NCBI GenBank assembly: GCA_964291235.2
Contig: OZ219815.1
Span: 1,280,353 to 1,344,352 of the forward strand
Source: Vicinamibacteria bacterium
GTDB taxonomy: Bacteria; Acidobacteriota; Vicinamibacteria; Marinacidobacterales; Marinacidobacteraceae
DNA: 64,000 nucleotides
Direction: 5' to 3'
Position 1 is the stretch's first letter, and every line of letters begins with the position of its first letter. The notes below the pieces were generated by a model. That model searched no databases, had not been told where the DNA came from, and saw only the letters and a program-made list of their open reading frames with translations. Below are positions 28,463 through 37,893 of this stretch, piece by piece. The translations under genes were made by a program, and so were the position numbers.

Positions 28463-29307
28463 TCGCGCCAAATCCGGCCCGCAACCTTCCCTTCGTGAAG
28501 ATGTCGGGAGCCGGCAACGACTTCGTGGTTGTGGACAACCGGGACGGCGCCATTGCCGAGCCCGACAAGGCTCGGCTCGCCCGGCGAGCGTGCCGCCGAA
28601 AGGTCGGGATCGGGGCTGACGGCCTGATCCTGATCGAGGGCAGCGGGACGCGGCCAGATGCCGACTATGTGATGCGGTATTTCAACGCCGACGGCAGTGA
28701 GGGCGAGCTCTGCGGCAACGGAACGCGCTGTGCGGCGCTCTTCGCCCGAGACATCGGCGCCGGGGGCCTTTCGCAACGCATCGCAACCCCGGCGGGAGTG
28801 CTCAGCGCCCGGATCCTCGCGACGGATGCGACCGGACTCGCAACGGTGCGGGTGGCGATGGCGAAGCCCACCGCCATCCGCCGGCTTCGCTTGCCGGATC
28901 TCCCCGGCGGGGACGCGGAACTCTTCGCGTTGGACGTCGGCGTCCCGCATGCCATCGAAGTGGTTCCGGACGTCGGCGCCGTGGATGTGGAGCGGCGCGG
29001 CAATGCGATTCGCCGCCATCCCGCCTTCCCGGCGGGAGCGAACGCCAACTTCATTGCCCTGGACGAAGTCGCCGGTGAGATTCATCTCCGCACCTTCGAG
29101 CGCGGCGTGGAGGCCGAGTGCCTCGCGTGCGGCACCGGGGCGACCGCCGCGGTCACGGTGGCCCATCGCTTTCTCGACTGGTCTCCGGCGGCGCCGGTAC
29201 GGGTGGCGAGCGGCGAACTCCTCCAGATCGACGTGACGGGCGAGACACCGCTGATGACGGGTCCGGCGACTCGAGTCTTCGAAGGCGTCGTTGCGGCGCT
29301 CGGGTGA
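28459..29307 (+). CDS. dapF: Diaminopimelate epimerase
   Basis: KMSGAGNDF, GIGADG, NADGSEGELCGNGTRC, ERGVEAECLACGTG. Confidence 0.95.
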   Translation: MIAPNPARNLPFVKMSGAGNDFVVVDNRDGAIAEPDKARLARRACRRKVGIGADGLILIEGSGTRPDADYVMRYFNADGSEGELCGNGTRCAALFARDIGAGGLSQRIATPAGVLSARILATDATGLATVRVAMAKPTAIRRLRLPDLPGGDAELFALDVGVPHAIEVVPDVGAVDVERRGNAIRRHPAFPAGANANFIALDEVAGEIHLRTFERGVEAECLACGTGATAAVTVAHRFLDWSPAAPVRVASGELLQIDVTGETPLMTGPATRVFEGVVAALG

Positions 29308-30428
29308 CCTTCGGGGCCGTGACGCGAGGTCGCCCGCCGTCTGCGCTCCGGCGCCGGCTGCTCGCCGCGGGGGTCGCGGGCGCCTGCGCCTTCGCGGTTG
29401 CCGGATGCGAGGGCGATTCCGGCTCGCAGTCGCCGACCGCACCGGCTCCGAGTCCGACTCCATCCGCTCCCGTGGAGCCGCCGGTCCCCACCCGCTGCGC
29501 GGAAGAAGGCCGCGTTCTGGAGTTTGGTTTCTACGCGCTCTACGAGCCGATCAGCTACGGCGCCAGCGGCGATCCCGAAGCGGCCGGATTCAACGAACAC
29601 CGCGGCTACGAAGCCGACCTCCTCACGGCCCTCGAAGCCATGGAGGGCACCGGTCTCGCCTTCAACCGGCGCGGAATCGACACCTGGCCCGGGATGTGGT
29701 TGCTTCCGGCTACTTCGGAATTGGACCTGGTGGGAGGCGGCATCAAGATTCTGGAGGAGCGCACGCGGGACGCCGCCGGGACGCCCGCGGTGGCGTTCAC
29801 GTCGGGACACATCGGGTTCCGGCTCGCGCTCCTGGTGCGCGCCCTCGACGCCGCCGGCCCCTTCGAATACAGCGATCTGACGAAGGACGTCGCGGTGGGC
29901 GTATCCGCGGAAACGACCGCAGAGTCCCGCCTTCTCCGGATCGTCGGACTCACTGATGAGAACGGTGTGCTGCTCGCGGGGACCAGCGTGACCACTCCCA
30001 CCGGGGCCGTGGTCGCGGACGGCAGCGATGCCTACCGCATAGCGGCGACCGAGGCGTCCGAAAACCTCTCCGGACGCGAACATCTGGATCCGCCTTCCAC
30101 CGGCTTTCCCCAGGTCGTGTTCTTCGACTCCGAGTCGGTCCGGTCCGAGCGCCTGCTGGCCCTCGTCAGCGGGCGGGTGGACGCGCTGGCGGGCGACGAA
30201 ATCGGACATCGCGCCGTGGAACAGGCTGCTGGCGGCCACTTCGCGGTGACCGCCCTCGACGCGCACGTCGAACTCGGCGGTTTCGCCCTCGCCGAGGGCG
30301 ATCCGGCTCTGCTCGCCTGTCTCGACGACAAGCTGAACTACCTCACCGACGATCGGAACATCGGTTACTCAGAGTGGCTGGCCAATCCCGCGGTGTTCCT
30401 GGAGCGGGCCGAAGCCTGGACTCCGTAG
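29304..30428 (+). CDS. Polar amino-acid-type substrate-binding lipoprotein
   Basis: Lipobox VAGC, Pro-rich linker, GYEADLL, LVSGRVDALAGD. Start is inferred. Confidence 0.7.
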   Translation: MTFGAVTRGRPPSALRRRLLAAGVAGACAFAVAGCEGDSGSQSPTAPAPSPTPSAPVEPPVPTRCAEEGRVLEFGFYALYEPISYGASGDPEAAGFNEHRGYEADLLTALEAMEGTGLAFNRRGIDTWPGMWLLPATSELDLVGGGIKILEERTRDAAGTPAVAFTSGHIGFRLALLVRALDAAGPFEYSDLTKDVAVGVSAETTAESRLLRIVGLTDENGVLLAGTSVTTPTGAVVADGSDAYRIAATEASENLSGREHLDPPSTGFPQVVFFDSESVRSERLLALVSGRVDALAGDEIGHRAVEQAAGGHFAVTALDAHVELGGFALAEGDPALLACLDDKLNYLTDDRNIGYSEWLANPAVFLERAEAWTP

Positions 30429-30431
30429 GTG

Positions 30432-31028
30432 CTATCCGCGCCGCGTTCCGATCCAGCGCCGGACGGAAGACCGGTATTCCCGGTATTCCGCGCCGTGCTT
30501 TGACAGCAGGTACTCCTCCTCCAGCCGAACCTGGACCGGAATCGCGATCCAGGCGGCGGCTGTCGCGCCGAAGCTGAGCGCGTTCGGCGCCATCAGGAAG
30601 AACCCGCAGACCGCCGCCAGGATGCCGAGATAGATCGGGTTTCTCGACCGCGAGAAGAGCCCGTGGCGGATCAGGGTGGTCTTCTCCGCCGCATCAATCC
30701 CCATTCGGAACGAAGCGGACATCTGGACCTGGGCGATGCCGATCCAGAGAATTGCTGCGGCGACCAGCCCGGCGCCGGCGGTGTGAGCGGCTCCGGTCTC
30801 CAGGTAGGCGATGGGCACGAACCACGGCTTCAGGGCTGGCGCAAACGAGTACGCCAGGCTGATGAACAGCCAACCGGCCACCGACATCTTCAGGATTCGG
30901 TCCAGGACGCCGCCGATGGAATCGTCGGCTCTCAGCTTCACGGGGTTGATCCCCGTTCTCCGGTAAACGAGCACCGCCCGCATCACGGTGAGCCCGCAGA
31001 AGGCCGCGAACAGGGTGAGAAGAACCAT
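30432..31028 (-). CDS. Isoprenylcysteine carboxylmethyltransferase (Ste14/PEMT) family membrane protein
   Basis: GLFSRSRNPIYLG, EEEYL..KHGAEY.EYR..VRRWI. Confidence 0.9.
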   Translation of the reverse strand: MVLLTLFAAFCGLTVMRAVLVYRRTGINPVKLRADDSIGGVLDRILKMSVAGWLFISLAYSFAPALKPWFVPIAYLETGAAHTAGAGLVAAAILWIGIAQVQMSASFRMGIDAAEKTTLIRHGLFSRSRNPIYLGILAAVCGFFLMAPNALSFGATAAAWIAIPVQVRLEEEYLLSKHGAEYREYRSSVRRWIGTRRG

Positions 31029-31043
31029 GCCGTCTATTTTCCC

Positions 31044-32084
31044 TCAGGAACAGGCCCGCCGCAGCACCTCCAGGCCGCCGGTGGCGGGTTGGCCTTCCTC
31101 GTCCACCGGGGGCGAAACGATCAGCGTCGTGACGCCTGCTTCCCGGTAGGCGGCGATCCGGTCGGCGATCCGGGCCTCCGGCCCGACAAGGCATATCTCG
31201 TCCACGAGTCCGTCGGGAACGGCTGCCGCCGCCTCCTCCTTCCGGCCGTCCAGGTAGAGATCCTGGATCACTCCCGCTTCGTCTTCATATCCGTACCGCC
31301 GGGCGAGTTCGTTGTAAAAGTTGCGACGGCGAGCGCCCATGCCGCCCACGTAGAGAGCGATCCCGGGCCGCAGCTGATCGCGGAGACGGGGAAGATCGTC
31401 TCCGAGGGCACAGTCGACCATCGGGGCGACTTCCAGCGGAGCCGGGTGGGTGCGCTTTTGGGCGCCGGCGGCGAGCGCGGGACCCCACACTTTGGCCGAC
31501 TGGTCCGGCGAGTAGAGGAAGGGCAGCCAGCCATCCGCGATTTCCGCGGTGAGCGTCGTATTTTGCGGGCCGATCGAGGCCACGTAGATCGGGATCGCCG
31601 GACGCCGCGGGTGCAGCATGAGCTTGAGCGGCTTCCCGAGGCCGGTGCCGCCCGGCAGGGGCAGCCGGATGGACTCTCCCCTGTATTCCAATTTCTGCTC
31701 GCGCCGAAGGGTCTGCCGGATGACCTCAACCGTCTCGCGGGTCCGGGTCACGGGCTTCGCGAACGGGACGCCGTGCCAGCCTTCCATGACCTGTGGTCCG
31801 GAGACTCCGAGTCCGAGGATCAGCCGTCCTCCGCTGAGCAGGTCGAGGGTGGCCGCCGTCTGCGCCAGCAGCGCCGGGGTCCGGGAGCCGATCGGGAGGA
31901 TGGCGGTCCCGAGCGCGACGCGTTCGGTTCGGGCGCCGATCCAGGCGAGCAGGCTGACCCCGTCGGAGCCCCAGGCTTCCGAGACCCAGACGGAATCGAA
32001 CCCGGCCGCTTCCGCCCGTTCTGCGAGCGGTAACGAGTCAGGCGATCCGGCGGTCAGGTAGCCGAGTTCCAGGCCAAGCTTCAC
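31044..32084 (-). CDS. LLM class (probably F420-dependent) oxidoreductase
   Basis: SEAWGSD, RTPA..A.TAATLD.LSGGR.ILGLGVSGPQV.EGWHG, LYVGGMGA...NFYN. Confidence 0.9.
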   Translation of the reverse strand: MKLGLELGYLTAGSPDSLPLAERAEAAGFDSVWVSEAWGSDGVSLLAWIGARTERVALGTAILPIGSRTPALLAQTAATLDLLSGGRLILGLGVSGPQVMEGWHGVPFAKPVTRTRETVEVIRQTLRREQKLEYRGESIRLPLPGGTGLGKPLKLMLHPRRPAIPIYVASIGPQNTTLTAEIADGWLPFLYSPDQSAKVWGPALAAGAQKRTHPAPLEVAPMVDCALGDDLPRLRDQLRPGIALYVGGMGARRRNFYNELARRYGYEDEAGVIQDLYLDGRKEEAAAAVPDGLVDEICLVGPEARIADRIAAYREAGVTTLIVSPPVDEEGQPATGGLEVLRRACS

Positions 32085-32091
32085 GACGACA

Positions 32092-32865
32092 TCAACGGGA
32101 CCGGCGGACGGTGCCGCGCCTCCCGGCGGCTGCGGCGCCCGCGGCCGCTGGCCCGGGCGGCTCGACGCCGTTCTTGGGGCACATGCCCTCCAGGGAGCAG
32201 GCCCGGCACTTGGGGTTCCGGGCGGCGCACACCGCCCGGCCGTGCAGGATGACCCGGTGGCTGAAGTTCGTCCACTCCCGCCGCGGGACCAGCGCCATCA
32301 GCCGCTGCTCGGTGTGGTTGGTCGTCTTTTTCGGTGCGAGACCCAGCCGGTGGGAAATCCGGAACACGTGGGTATCCACCACGACGCCTTCGTTCTTCCC
32401 GAACCAGGTGCCGAGAACCACGTTCGCGGTCTTGCGGGCGACCCCGGGGAGCGTGAGGAGGTCCTCCATGGTGTCCGGCACCTCGCCGTCGAAATCGTCG
32501 CGGATCCGCTGGGAGGCGCCCATGATGGAGCGCGCCTTGTTCCGGAAGAAACCCGTTGAATGGATCATCTCCTCCAATTCGTCCGGGTCGGCGTCCGCGA
32601 AGTCCGCTACCGTCGGAAAACGTGCAAAGAGGGCCGGGGTCACCATGTTGACCCGCCGGTCGGTGCACTGAGCCGAAAGGATCGTGGCGATCAGTAGCTG
32701 AAACGCGGAATCGTGCAGCAGCGCGCACTCGGCCGCCGAGTACTCCTGCGCGAGCTTGCGGACGATCCTGCCGGTCCGCCGGCGGAGAGCCCGTTCCGCG
32801 GCCGGGTCGTCCGGATTGTCCGTCTTCTGGCGGGGAGGCCCTTTCGTCCGAGCGGCCGTCGGCAC
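32092..32865 (-). CDS. nth: Endonuclease III
   Basis: LSAQCTD, HhH motif LPGVARKTANVV, VDTH, C-x6-C-x2-C-x5-C cluster. Confidence 0.95.
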   Translation of the reverse strand: MPTAARTKGPPRQKTDNPDDPAAERALRRRTGRIVRKLAQEYSAAECALLHDSAFQLLIATILSAQCTDRRVNMVTPALFARFPTVADFADADPDELEEMIHSTGFFRNKARSIMGASQRIRDDFDGEVPDTMEDLLTLPGVARKTANVVLGTWFGKNEGVVVDTHVFRISHRLGLAPKKTTNHTEQRLMALVPRREWTNFSHRVILHGRAVCAARNPKCRACSLEGMCPKNGVEPPGPAAAGAAAAGRRGTVRRSR

Positions 32866-32869
32866 GGGG

Positions 32870-33673
32870 TCAGATGAGCGGAGCGTCGGCGGGCGGCGAG
32901 GACGCGGTGGCGTAGCGGCGCCGCGGCATGCGACCGGCGAGCCAGGAAAGCCGTCCGCACTCGACGGCGAGACGCATGGCTTCGGCCATCTTCACCGGGT
33001 CGCGGGCGGCCGCGACCGCGGTGTTCAGGAGAACGCCGTCGGCGCCGAGTTCCATGGCTACCGCCACGTCGGATGCCGTTCCGACTCCGGCGTCCACGAT
33101 GACCGGAATCGACACCGCCTCCCGGATCAGGGCGATGTTGTTCCGGTTCTGGATGCCGAGTCCGGATCCGATGGGAGCCCCGAGCGGCATGACGGCCGCG
33201 GCCCCGGCGTTCTCCAGCTTCTTCGCCACTACCACGTCGTCGCTGGTGTACGGGAGCACCACGAATCCGTCGGTCACCAACTCCCGGGTGGCGACGAGGA
33301 GTTCCTCGTTGTCCGGGTAGAGCGTCTTGCGGTCGCCGATCACCTCGAGCTTGATCCAGTTGGAGAGCCCGGCTTCGCGAGCGAGGTGGGCGGTGCGAAT
33401 CGCATCCTTCGCGGTGAAGCAGTCGGCGGTGTTGGGAAGCAGGGTGTACCGATCCCGGGGGATGTAGTCGAGCAGGGTCTCCTCGGCGTCCAGGTCCACC
33501 CGGCGCACGGCCACGGTGACCATGTCGCAACCGGAAGCCGCGTGGCACTCGCGCATCCGTTCGAACGACGAGTACTTCCCGGTCCCCAGAATCAGCCGGG
33601 ACCGGAGCGGGTGTCCTCCCAGGACGAGCGGGGCGTCCTGCACGGGGTCCGACAACTCAACCGCCTCCGACAA
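32870..33673 (-). CDS. thiG: Thiazole synthase
   Basis: [41 protein letters not shown]. Confidence 0.96.
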   Translation of the reverse strand: MSEAVELSDPVQDAPLVLGGHPLRSRLILGTGKYSSFERMRECHAASGCDMVTVAVRRVDLDAEETLLDYIPRDRYTLLPNTADCFTAKDAIRTAHLAREAGLSNWIKLEVIGDRKTLYPDNEELLVATRELVTDGFVVLPYTSDDVVVAKKLENAGAAAVMPLGAPIGSGLGIQNRNNIALIREAVSIPVIVDAGVGTASDVAVAMELGADGVLLNTAVAAARDPVKMAEAMRLAVECGRLSWLAGRMPRRRYATASSPPADAPLI

Positions 33674-33905
33674 AAGTCACGATCTCGATGCGGTCGCCCG
33701 GCTCCACGGCGGTGCTCTCCTGTTCCCCGCGGCGAACCAGGCGTCCGTTCAGTTCGACGGCCACCGGACGGCCCGCGAGTCCGAGCGCCACCAGGGCGCC
33801 CCGGACCGAGGCCGGATCGGGTAGCGGACGCTGCTTCCCGTTGACGAACAGGATTCGCGCCCCGGGGGAGGGGCCGGCGGGGGCCGTTTCACTGACGGGA
33901 AGCAT
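33657..33905 (-). CDS. thiS: Sulfur carrier protein ThiS
   Basis: VNG...VAVELNG...[13 protein letters not shown], adjacent to thiG. Confidence 0.93.
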   Translation of the reverse strand: MLPVSETAPAGPSPGARILFVNGKQRPLPDPASVRGALVALGLAGRPVAVELNGRLVRRGEQESTAVEPGDRIEIVTFVGGG

Positions 33906-33960
33906 CTGTCTCGGTCCGGAGAAGAGTACTGCGTCGGCCGGTTCGATACAGCCGCCGAGG

Positions 33961-35391
33961 TCAGTCTCCCGTCGCCTCGACCAGTGCCCGAAGAGCCGCC
34001 CTGAGTTCCCCGAACTCGTCGTCAGTCACCGTGCGGAGGTCAAGGAGAACCCGCTCTTCCGCGACGCGGGGCACCACCGGCGGATCGTTTTGCAACAAGC
34101 GGCGGCGGATTCCCTCCGCGTCCGTGGCGGAGTGAGACAGCGACAGGCAGCGGGTGGGGACGCCGGCTCCCGGAGCCGCCCCGCCTCCGATGCGTGAAGT
34201 CTCCTCGACCACGTCCACCTGCCAACCGGCCGCCGGACTCAGGGATTCCCGCAGGTGCCTGGCGTTCTCGGCGAGATCGGAAACGGAGCGCGCGATCGCG
34301 CGGATGACCGGTATTTCGATGGCGGCGCGCCCGGTGACGTGACTCCAGAGCGTGGCCTGGAGGCCCGCGATTGCCATCTTGTCGGGGCGGAGCGCCCTGG
34401 CGAGCGGATTGCGGCGGCAGGCGGCCACGGCCTCCTTCCTCCCCAGCAGGATGCCGGCCTGGGGACCGCCGAAGAGCTTGTCGCCGGAGAACACGATGAG
34501 GTCCGCGCCGGCCGCCACGCAGTCGGCGAGCGTTGGCTCGCCCTCGGCTCCTTCCGCTCCCAGCGTCGCGAGCGGCACGGTGTTGCCGCTCCCGAAATCC
34601 TCGATGACCGGGATTCCGCACTCTCTGCCGAGGGCGGCCACCTCGGCGGTTTGTGCCGCCTCGGTGAAACCGACGATTCGGAAGTTGGATTGATGCACCT
34701 TCAGCAAGGCGCCCACCCGGCCAGCCCCCGTCTCGATAGCCCGGCGGTAGTCCGCGAGGCGCGTCCGGTTCGTAGTGCCCACCTCGACGAGCCGGGCCCC
34801 GCTCTTCTCCATGATCTCGGGAATCCGGAACGAATCGCCGATCTCGACCAATTCTCCTCGGGAGACCACCACATCTCTTCCGGCAGCGAGGGTCTCGAGC
34901 GCCAGCAACAGTCCGCCGGCCGCGTTGTTCGTGACGAGCGAGGCCTTCCCGGGGAACATGGCGTCGAACAGTGGGGCAAGCTGCTGCTGGCGGCTTCCCC
35001 GGGCCCCGGTAGCCAGGTCGAACTCGAGGTCCGAGTAACCACTGGCCGTCCGGAACACCGCCTCGAGGGCGCGATCCGAAAGCGGCGCCCGACCGAGGTT
35101 CGTGTGCACCACCACCCCCGTGGCGTTGATCACTCGCCGGAGATCGGGGCCGGCGGCCCGGTCGAGCCGGGACTGCACCGCGGAGGAAAGCCAAGCCTCG
35201 GGCTCGCGGGAGAAGCCTGCCGGCACAGCCCCCGCGCGCACTGCCCGGCGTAGCTCCGACATCTGGGTCCGCAGCGCGCTGGTGACGAGCGGCCGTCCAA
35301 AGGTGCGGGCGAGGGCGCGGAAGCGCGGGGTTTCGAGCAGCCGCCCCACCGCGGGAAGGTTGGCGAGCGCGCTGCGGAGGCTTTCGGACAC
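33961..35391 (-). CDS. selA: L-seryl-tRNA(Sec) selenium transferase
   Basis: VINATGVVVHTNLGRAPL, SRGELVEIGDSFRIP, EVGTTNRT, KVHQSNF, FSGDKLFGGPQAG, RALRPDK. Confidence 0.96.
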   Translation of the reverse strand: MSESLRSALANLPAVGRLLETPRFRALARTFGRPLVTSALRTQMSELRRAVRAGAVPAGFSREPEAWLSSAVQSRLDRAAGPDLRRVINATGVVVHTNLGRAPLSDRALEAVFRTASGYSDLEFDLATGARGSRQQQLAPLFDAMFPGKASLVTNNAAGGLLLALETLAAGRDVVVSRGELVEIGDSFRIPEIMEKSGARLVEVGTTNRTRLADYRRAIETGAGRVGALLKVHQSNFRIVGFTEAAQTAEVAALGRECGIPVIEDFGSGNTVPLATLGAEGAEGEPTLADCVAAGADLIVFSGDKLFGGPQAGILLGRKEAVAACRRNPLARALRPDKMAIAGLQATLWSHVTGRAAIEIPVIRAIARSVSDLAENARHLRESLSPAAGWQVDVVEETSRIGGGAAPGAGVPTRCLSLSHSATDAEGIRRRLLQNDPPVVPRVAEERVLLDLRTVTDDEFGELRAALRALVEATGD

Positions 35392-35487
35392 GGATTTTCA
35401 GCCGCGTGGATGAGGAATCTGGCGACGACGTCCAAGAGTACTCACCGGGGTGCCGAGCGTTTGCTAGCATCCGCCGCGCTCGCGCCC

Positions 35488-37068
35488 ATGCAGGACACTT
35501 CGCCTCCCAATGGTCAGCCGCGCCGAGCCCTGCTGAGCGTCAGCCGGAAGGAAGGCCTCGATGCTTTCGCTCGCGGTCTCGTCGGGCGCGGATTCGAGAT
35601 CGTGGCCAGCGGTGGCACGGCCCGGTTCCTCAAGGATTGCGGCATCGCGGTACGCGGGGTTTCCGAAGTGACCGGACATCCCGAGATCCTGGATGGCCGC
35701 GTCAAGACGCTCCACCCGCGTATCCACGGCGGGATCCTGGCCCGGCGTTCGCGTCCGGACGATCTCGCCTCGCTGCGCGAGCTCGCCATCGAGCCAATCG
35801 ACGTGGTCGCGGTGAACTTCTATCCCTTTGAGGAGACCGTGGCCAGAGGAGCCGAAGAAGACGAGGTCCGCGAAAACATCGATATCGGCGGGCCCTGCCT
35901 GGTTCGTGCCGCGGCCAAGAACTGGCCCGACGTCACGGTGGTCGTGGATCCGGAAGACTACTCGGCGGTACTTGCCGCTCTGGACGATCCCGATCCGGAC
36001 GGCGGGCTGGCGCTTCGCCGCCGGCTGGCCGCTCGAGCGTTCGCGGCCACTGCCGCCTACGACCGGGCCGTCGCGGCCTCCTTTGTCGCGAGCACAGCCG
36101 AGCCGGCTTTCCCGGAGCGGGTCGCGGTCGAATTCGAACGGGTCGCCGAGCTCCGCTACGGGGAAAACCCCCACCAGCAGGCGGCGCTCTATCGCGACTC
36201 GGGACCGGCGGGCGGCGGGATTCCCGGGTCCCGAAAGCTCCACGGCAAGGAACTCTCCTACAACAACATTCTGGATCTGGATGCCGCAGTGCGGCTGGTC
36301 GCCGACCTGGCGGGTACCGATCCGGAGAAAGCGGCGGCGGCGATCATCAAGCACTCGAATCCCGCCGGGGCAGCGGTATCCGAGACTCTGGAAGAGGCCT
36401 ACCGGACCGCCCGCGCCACGGACCCGGTATCCGCGTTCGGCGGCATCGTGGCGCTCAGCCGCGAGGTCGATCTCGGTACGGCGAAGGAAATGGCCTCGAC
36501 GTTCCTGGAGGCCATCGCCGCGCCCTCCTTCCATCCGGACGCGTTCGCCCGCCTCCGGCGCAAGAAGAACCTCCGCCTGATCGAGATGAAGGATCTCGAA
36601 GCTTTCGTCCCGGGTGGGCGCTATTTCGCCCGGGTGGTGGGCGGACTGCTCGTTCAGGATTGGGATCGCGGCGACGATGCGTCGGCGTACCGGGTGGCCA
36701 CCCGCCGGGAGCCTTCCGCTGCCGAGTGGGAGGGCCTCCGCTTTGTGTGGCAGGCAGCGAAACACGTCAAGTCCAACGCCATCGTGGTCGGCCGCGGCAG
36801 CGCACTTCTCGGGGTGGGAGCGGGCCAGATGAGCAGGCTCGACTCCTGCCGGCTGGCGGTCGAGAAGGCCCAGTCGTCGCTCGACGGCGCCGTGGCGGCG
36901 TCGGATGCGTTTTTCCCGTTCGCCGACGGATTGGAAGCGCTGGCGGACGCCGGGATCACCGCCGTGATCCAGCCCGGTGGTTCCGTGCGGGATCAGGAGG
37001 TGGTGGACGCCGCCGATGAACGCGGGATGGCGATGGTGCTTACGGGCGCCCGGCACTTCCGGCATTAG
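35488..37068 (+). CDS. purH: Bifunctional AICAR transformylase / IMP cyclohydrolase
   Basis: RALLSVS, GRVKTLHP, IDIGGP, LRYGENPHQ, ASDAFFPF, RHFRH. Confidence 0.97.
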   Translation: MQDTSPPNGQPRRALLSVSRKEGLDAFARGLVGRGFEIVASGGTARFLKDCGIAVRGVSEVTGHPEILDGRVKTLHPRIHGGILARRSRPDDLASLRELAIEPIDVVAVNFYPFEETVARGAEEDEVRENIDIGGPCLVRAAAKNWPDVTVVVDPEDYSAVLAALDDPDPDGGLALRRRLAARAFAATAAYDRAVAASFVASTAEPAFPERVAVEFERVAELRYGENPHQQAALYRDSGPAGGGIPGSRKLHGKELSYNNILDLDAAVRLVADLAGTDPEKAAAAIIKHSNPAGAAVSETLEEAYRTARATDPVSAFGGIVALSREVDLGTAKEMASTFLEAIAAPSFHPDAFARLRRKKNLRLIEMKDLEAFVPGGRYFARVVGGLLVQDWDRGDDASAYRVATRREPSAAEWEGLRFVWQAAKHVKSNAIVVGRGSALLGVGAGQMSRLDSCRLAVEKAQSSLDGAVAASDAFFPFADGLEALADAGITAVIQPGGSVRDQEVVDAADERGMAMVLTGARHFRH

Positions 37069-37152
37069 GTCGAGCGGTCCCAGGAGGGGGCCGCCGCCTG
37101 GACGTCTTCAGGAAGGGTCGTGGAGACTTCCAGCAAGGCCCCCTCCTGGGAC

Positions 37153-37307
37153 CGCCCGGCGCTGCGCGCCGGCATTCGAAACTCCCTTGCGCGCCGGGGG
37201 CGCGCGGCGGCGAGTTCCGAATGGTCGTTACTGATTGTGAAAGGGGGGGTGCCCCCCTTTCACACTTTCCCCCCGGTCACGCCGGCAGCGAACGGAGTTC
37301 GCTGCCA
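37153..37307. repeat. 155-bp dispersed element with two strong hairpins, copy A
   Basis: Matches 43006-43160. Hairpins TGTGAAAGGGGGG/CCCCCCTTTCACA and GGCAGCGAAC/GTTCGCTGCC. Confidence 0.85.
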
Positions 37308-37357
37308 TTTTTTCGCGCGCGTGGGTTGAGCGCGATGCTGGGCGTACCAGTAGGAGC

Positions 37358-37788
37358 GCCGGCCTCCGGCCGGCATCGCGGCCGCAGGCCGCGAAACTCC
37401 CGAATTCATCTGCCTCACAGCACTCACCCAAACGGGGACGGCGTAACGCCCCTCGTGCCTGCCAGCGGGTACCGCGGCTCTCAACCCCCACAGCAACGCC
37501 GTTCGCCGACCTCCAGGGCACCCGCGCGACGGAAAGCATCGGCCCGCGAAACAGGCGCGTCGCTCCTCGCACTGGGAGAACGGGCCGGCCTCCGGCCGGC
37601 ATCGCGGCCGCGGGCCGCGAAACGCCGACCTCGTCAGGCACGGGAACGGCTCTCCACCCGCCGACCATCGTGCAGCGGGCGTGCAGAAGCGCGCATCGCT
37701 GCCCGCCTCCACGGCGCACAGGCACCCGAACCCGCACTGGGAGAACTGGCCGGCCTCCGGCCGGCATCGCGGCCGCAGGCCGCGAAAC
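37358..37788 (+). repeat. Cluster of three 40-bp double-hairpin REP-like units
   Basis: GCCGGCCTCCGGCCGGCATCGCGGCCGCRGGCCGCGAAAC at 37358, 37584 and 37749. Confidence 0.85.
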
Positions 37789-37893
37789 GCACCCACTTAG
37801 TCCGCCTCACAGCACCTACCCAAACGGGAATGGGGGAACGCTCCCGTCCCCCGCAAACCCGGCGTGCGTGCCGCAGCGATAAATTCCCTTGCC

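Noticed and set aside
33905-35490. tRNA-Sec or selB next to selA
   Set aside because: I found no TCA-anticodon cloverleaf or EF-Tu-like ORF in the flanks. A covariance search would be needed to exclude one elsewhere in the window.
37358-37788. CRISPR array from the three 40-bp repeats
   Set aside because: Spacers are 186 and 125 bp and contain shared sequence, and no cas genes are present. It fits REP mosaics better.
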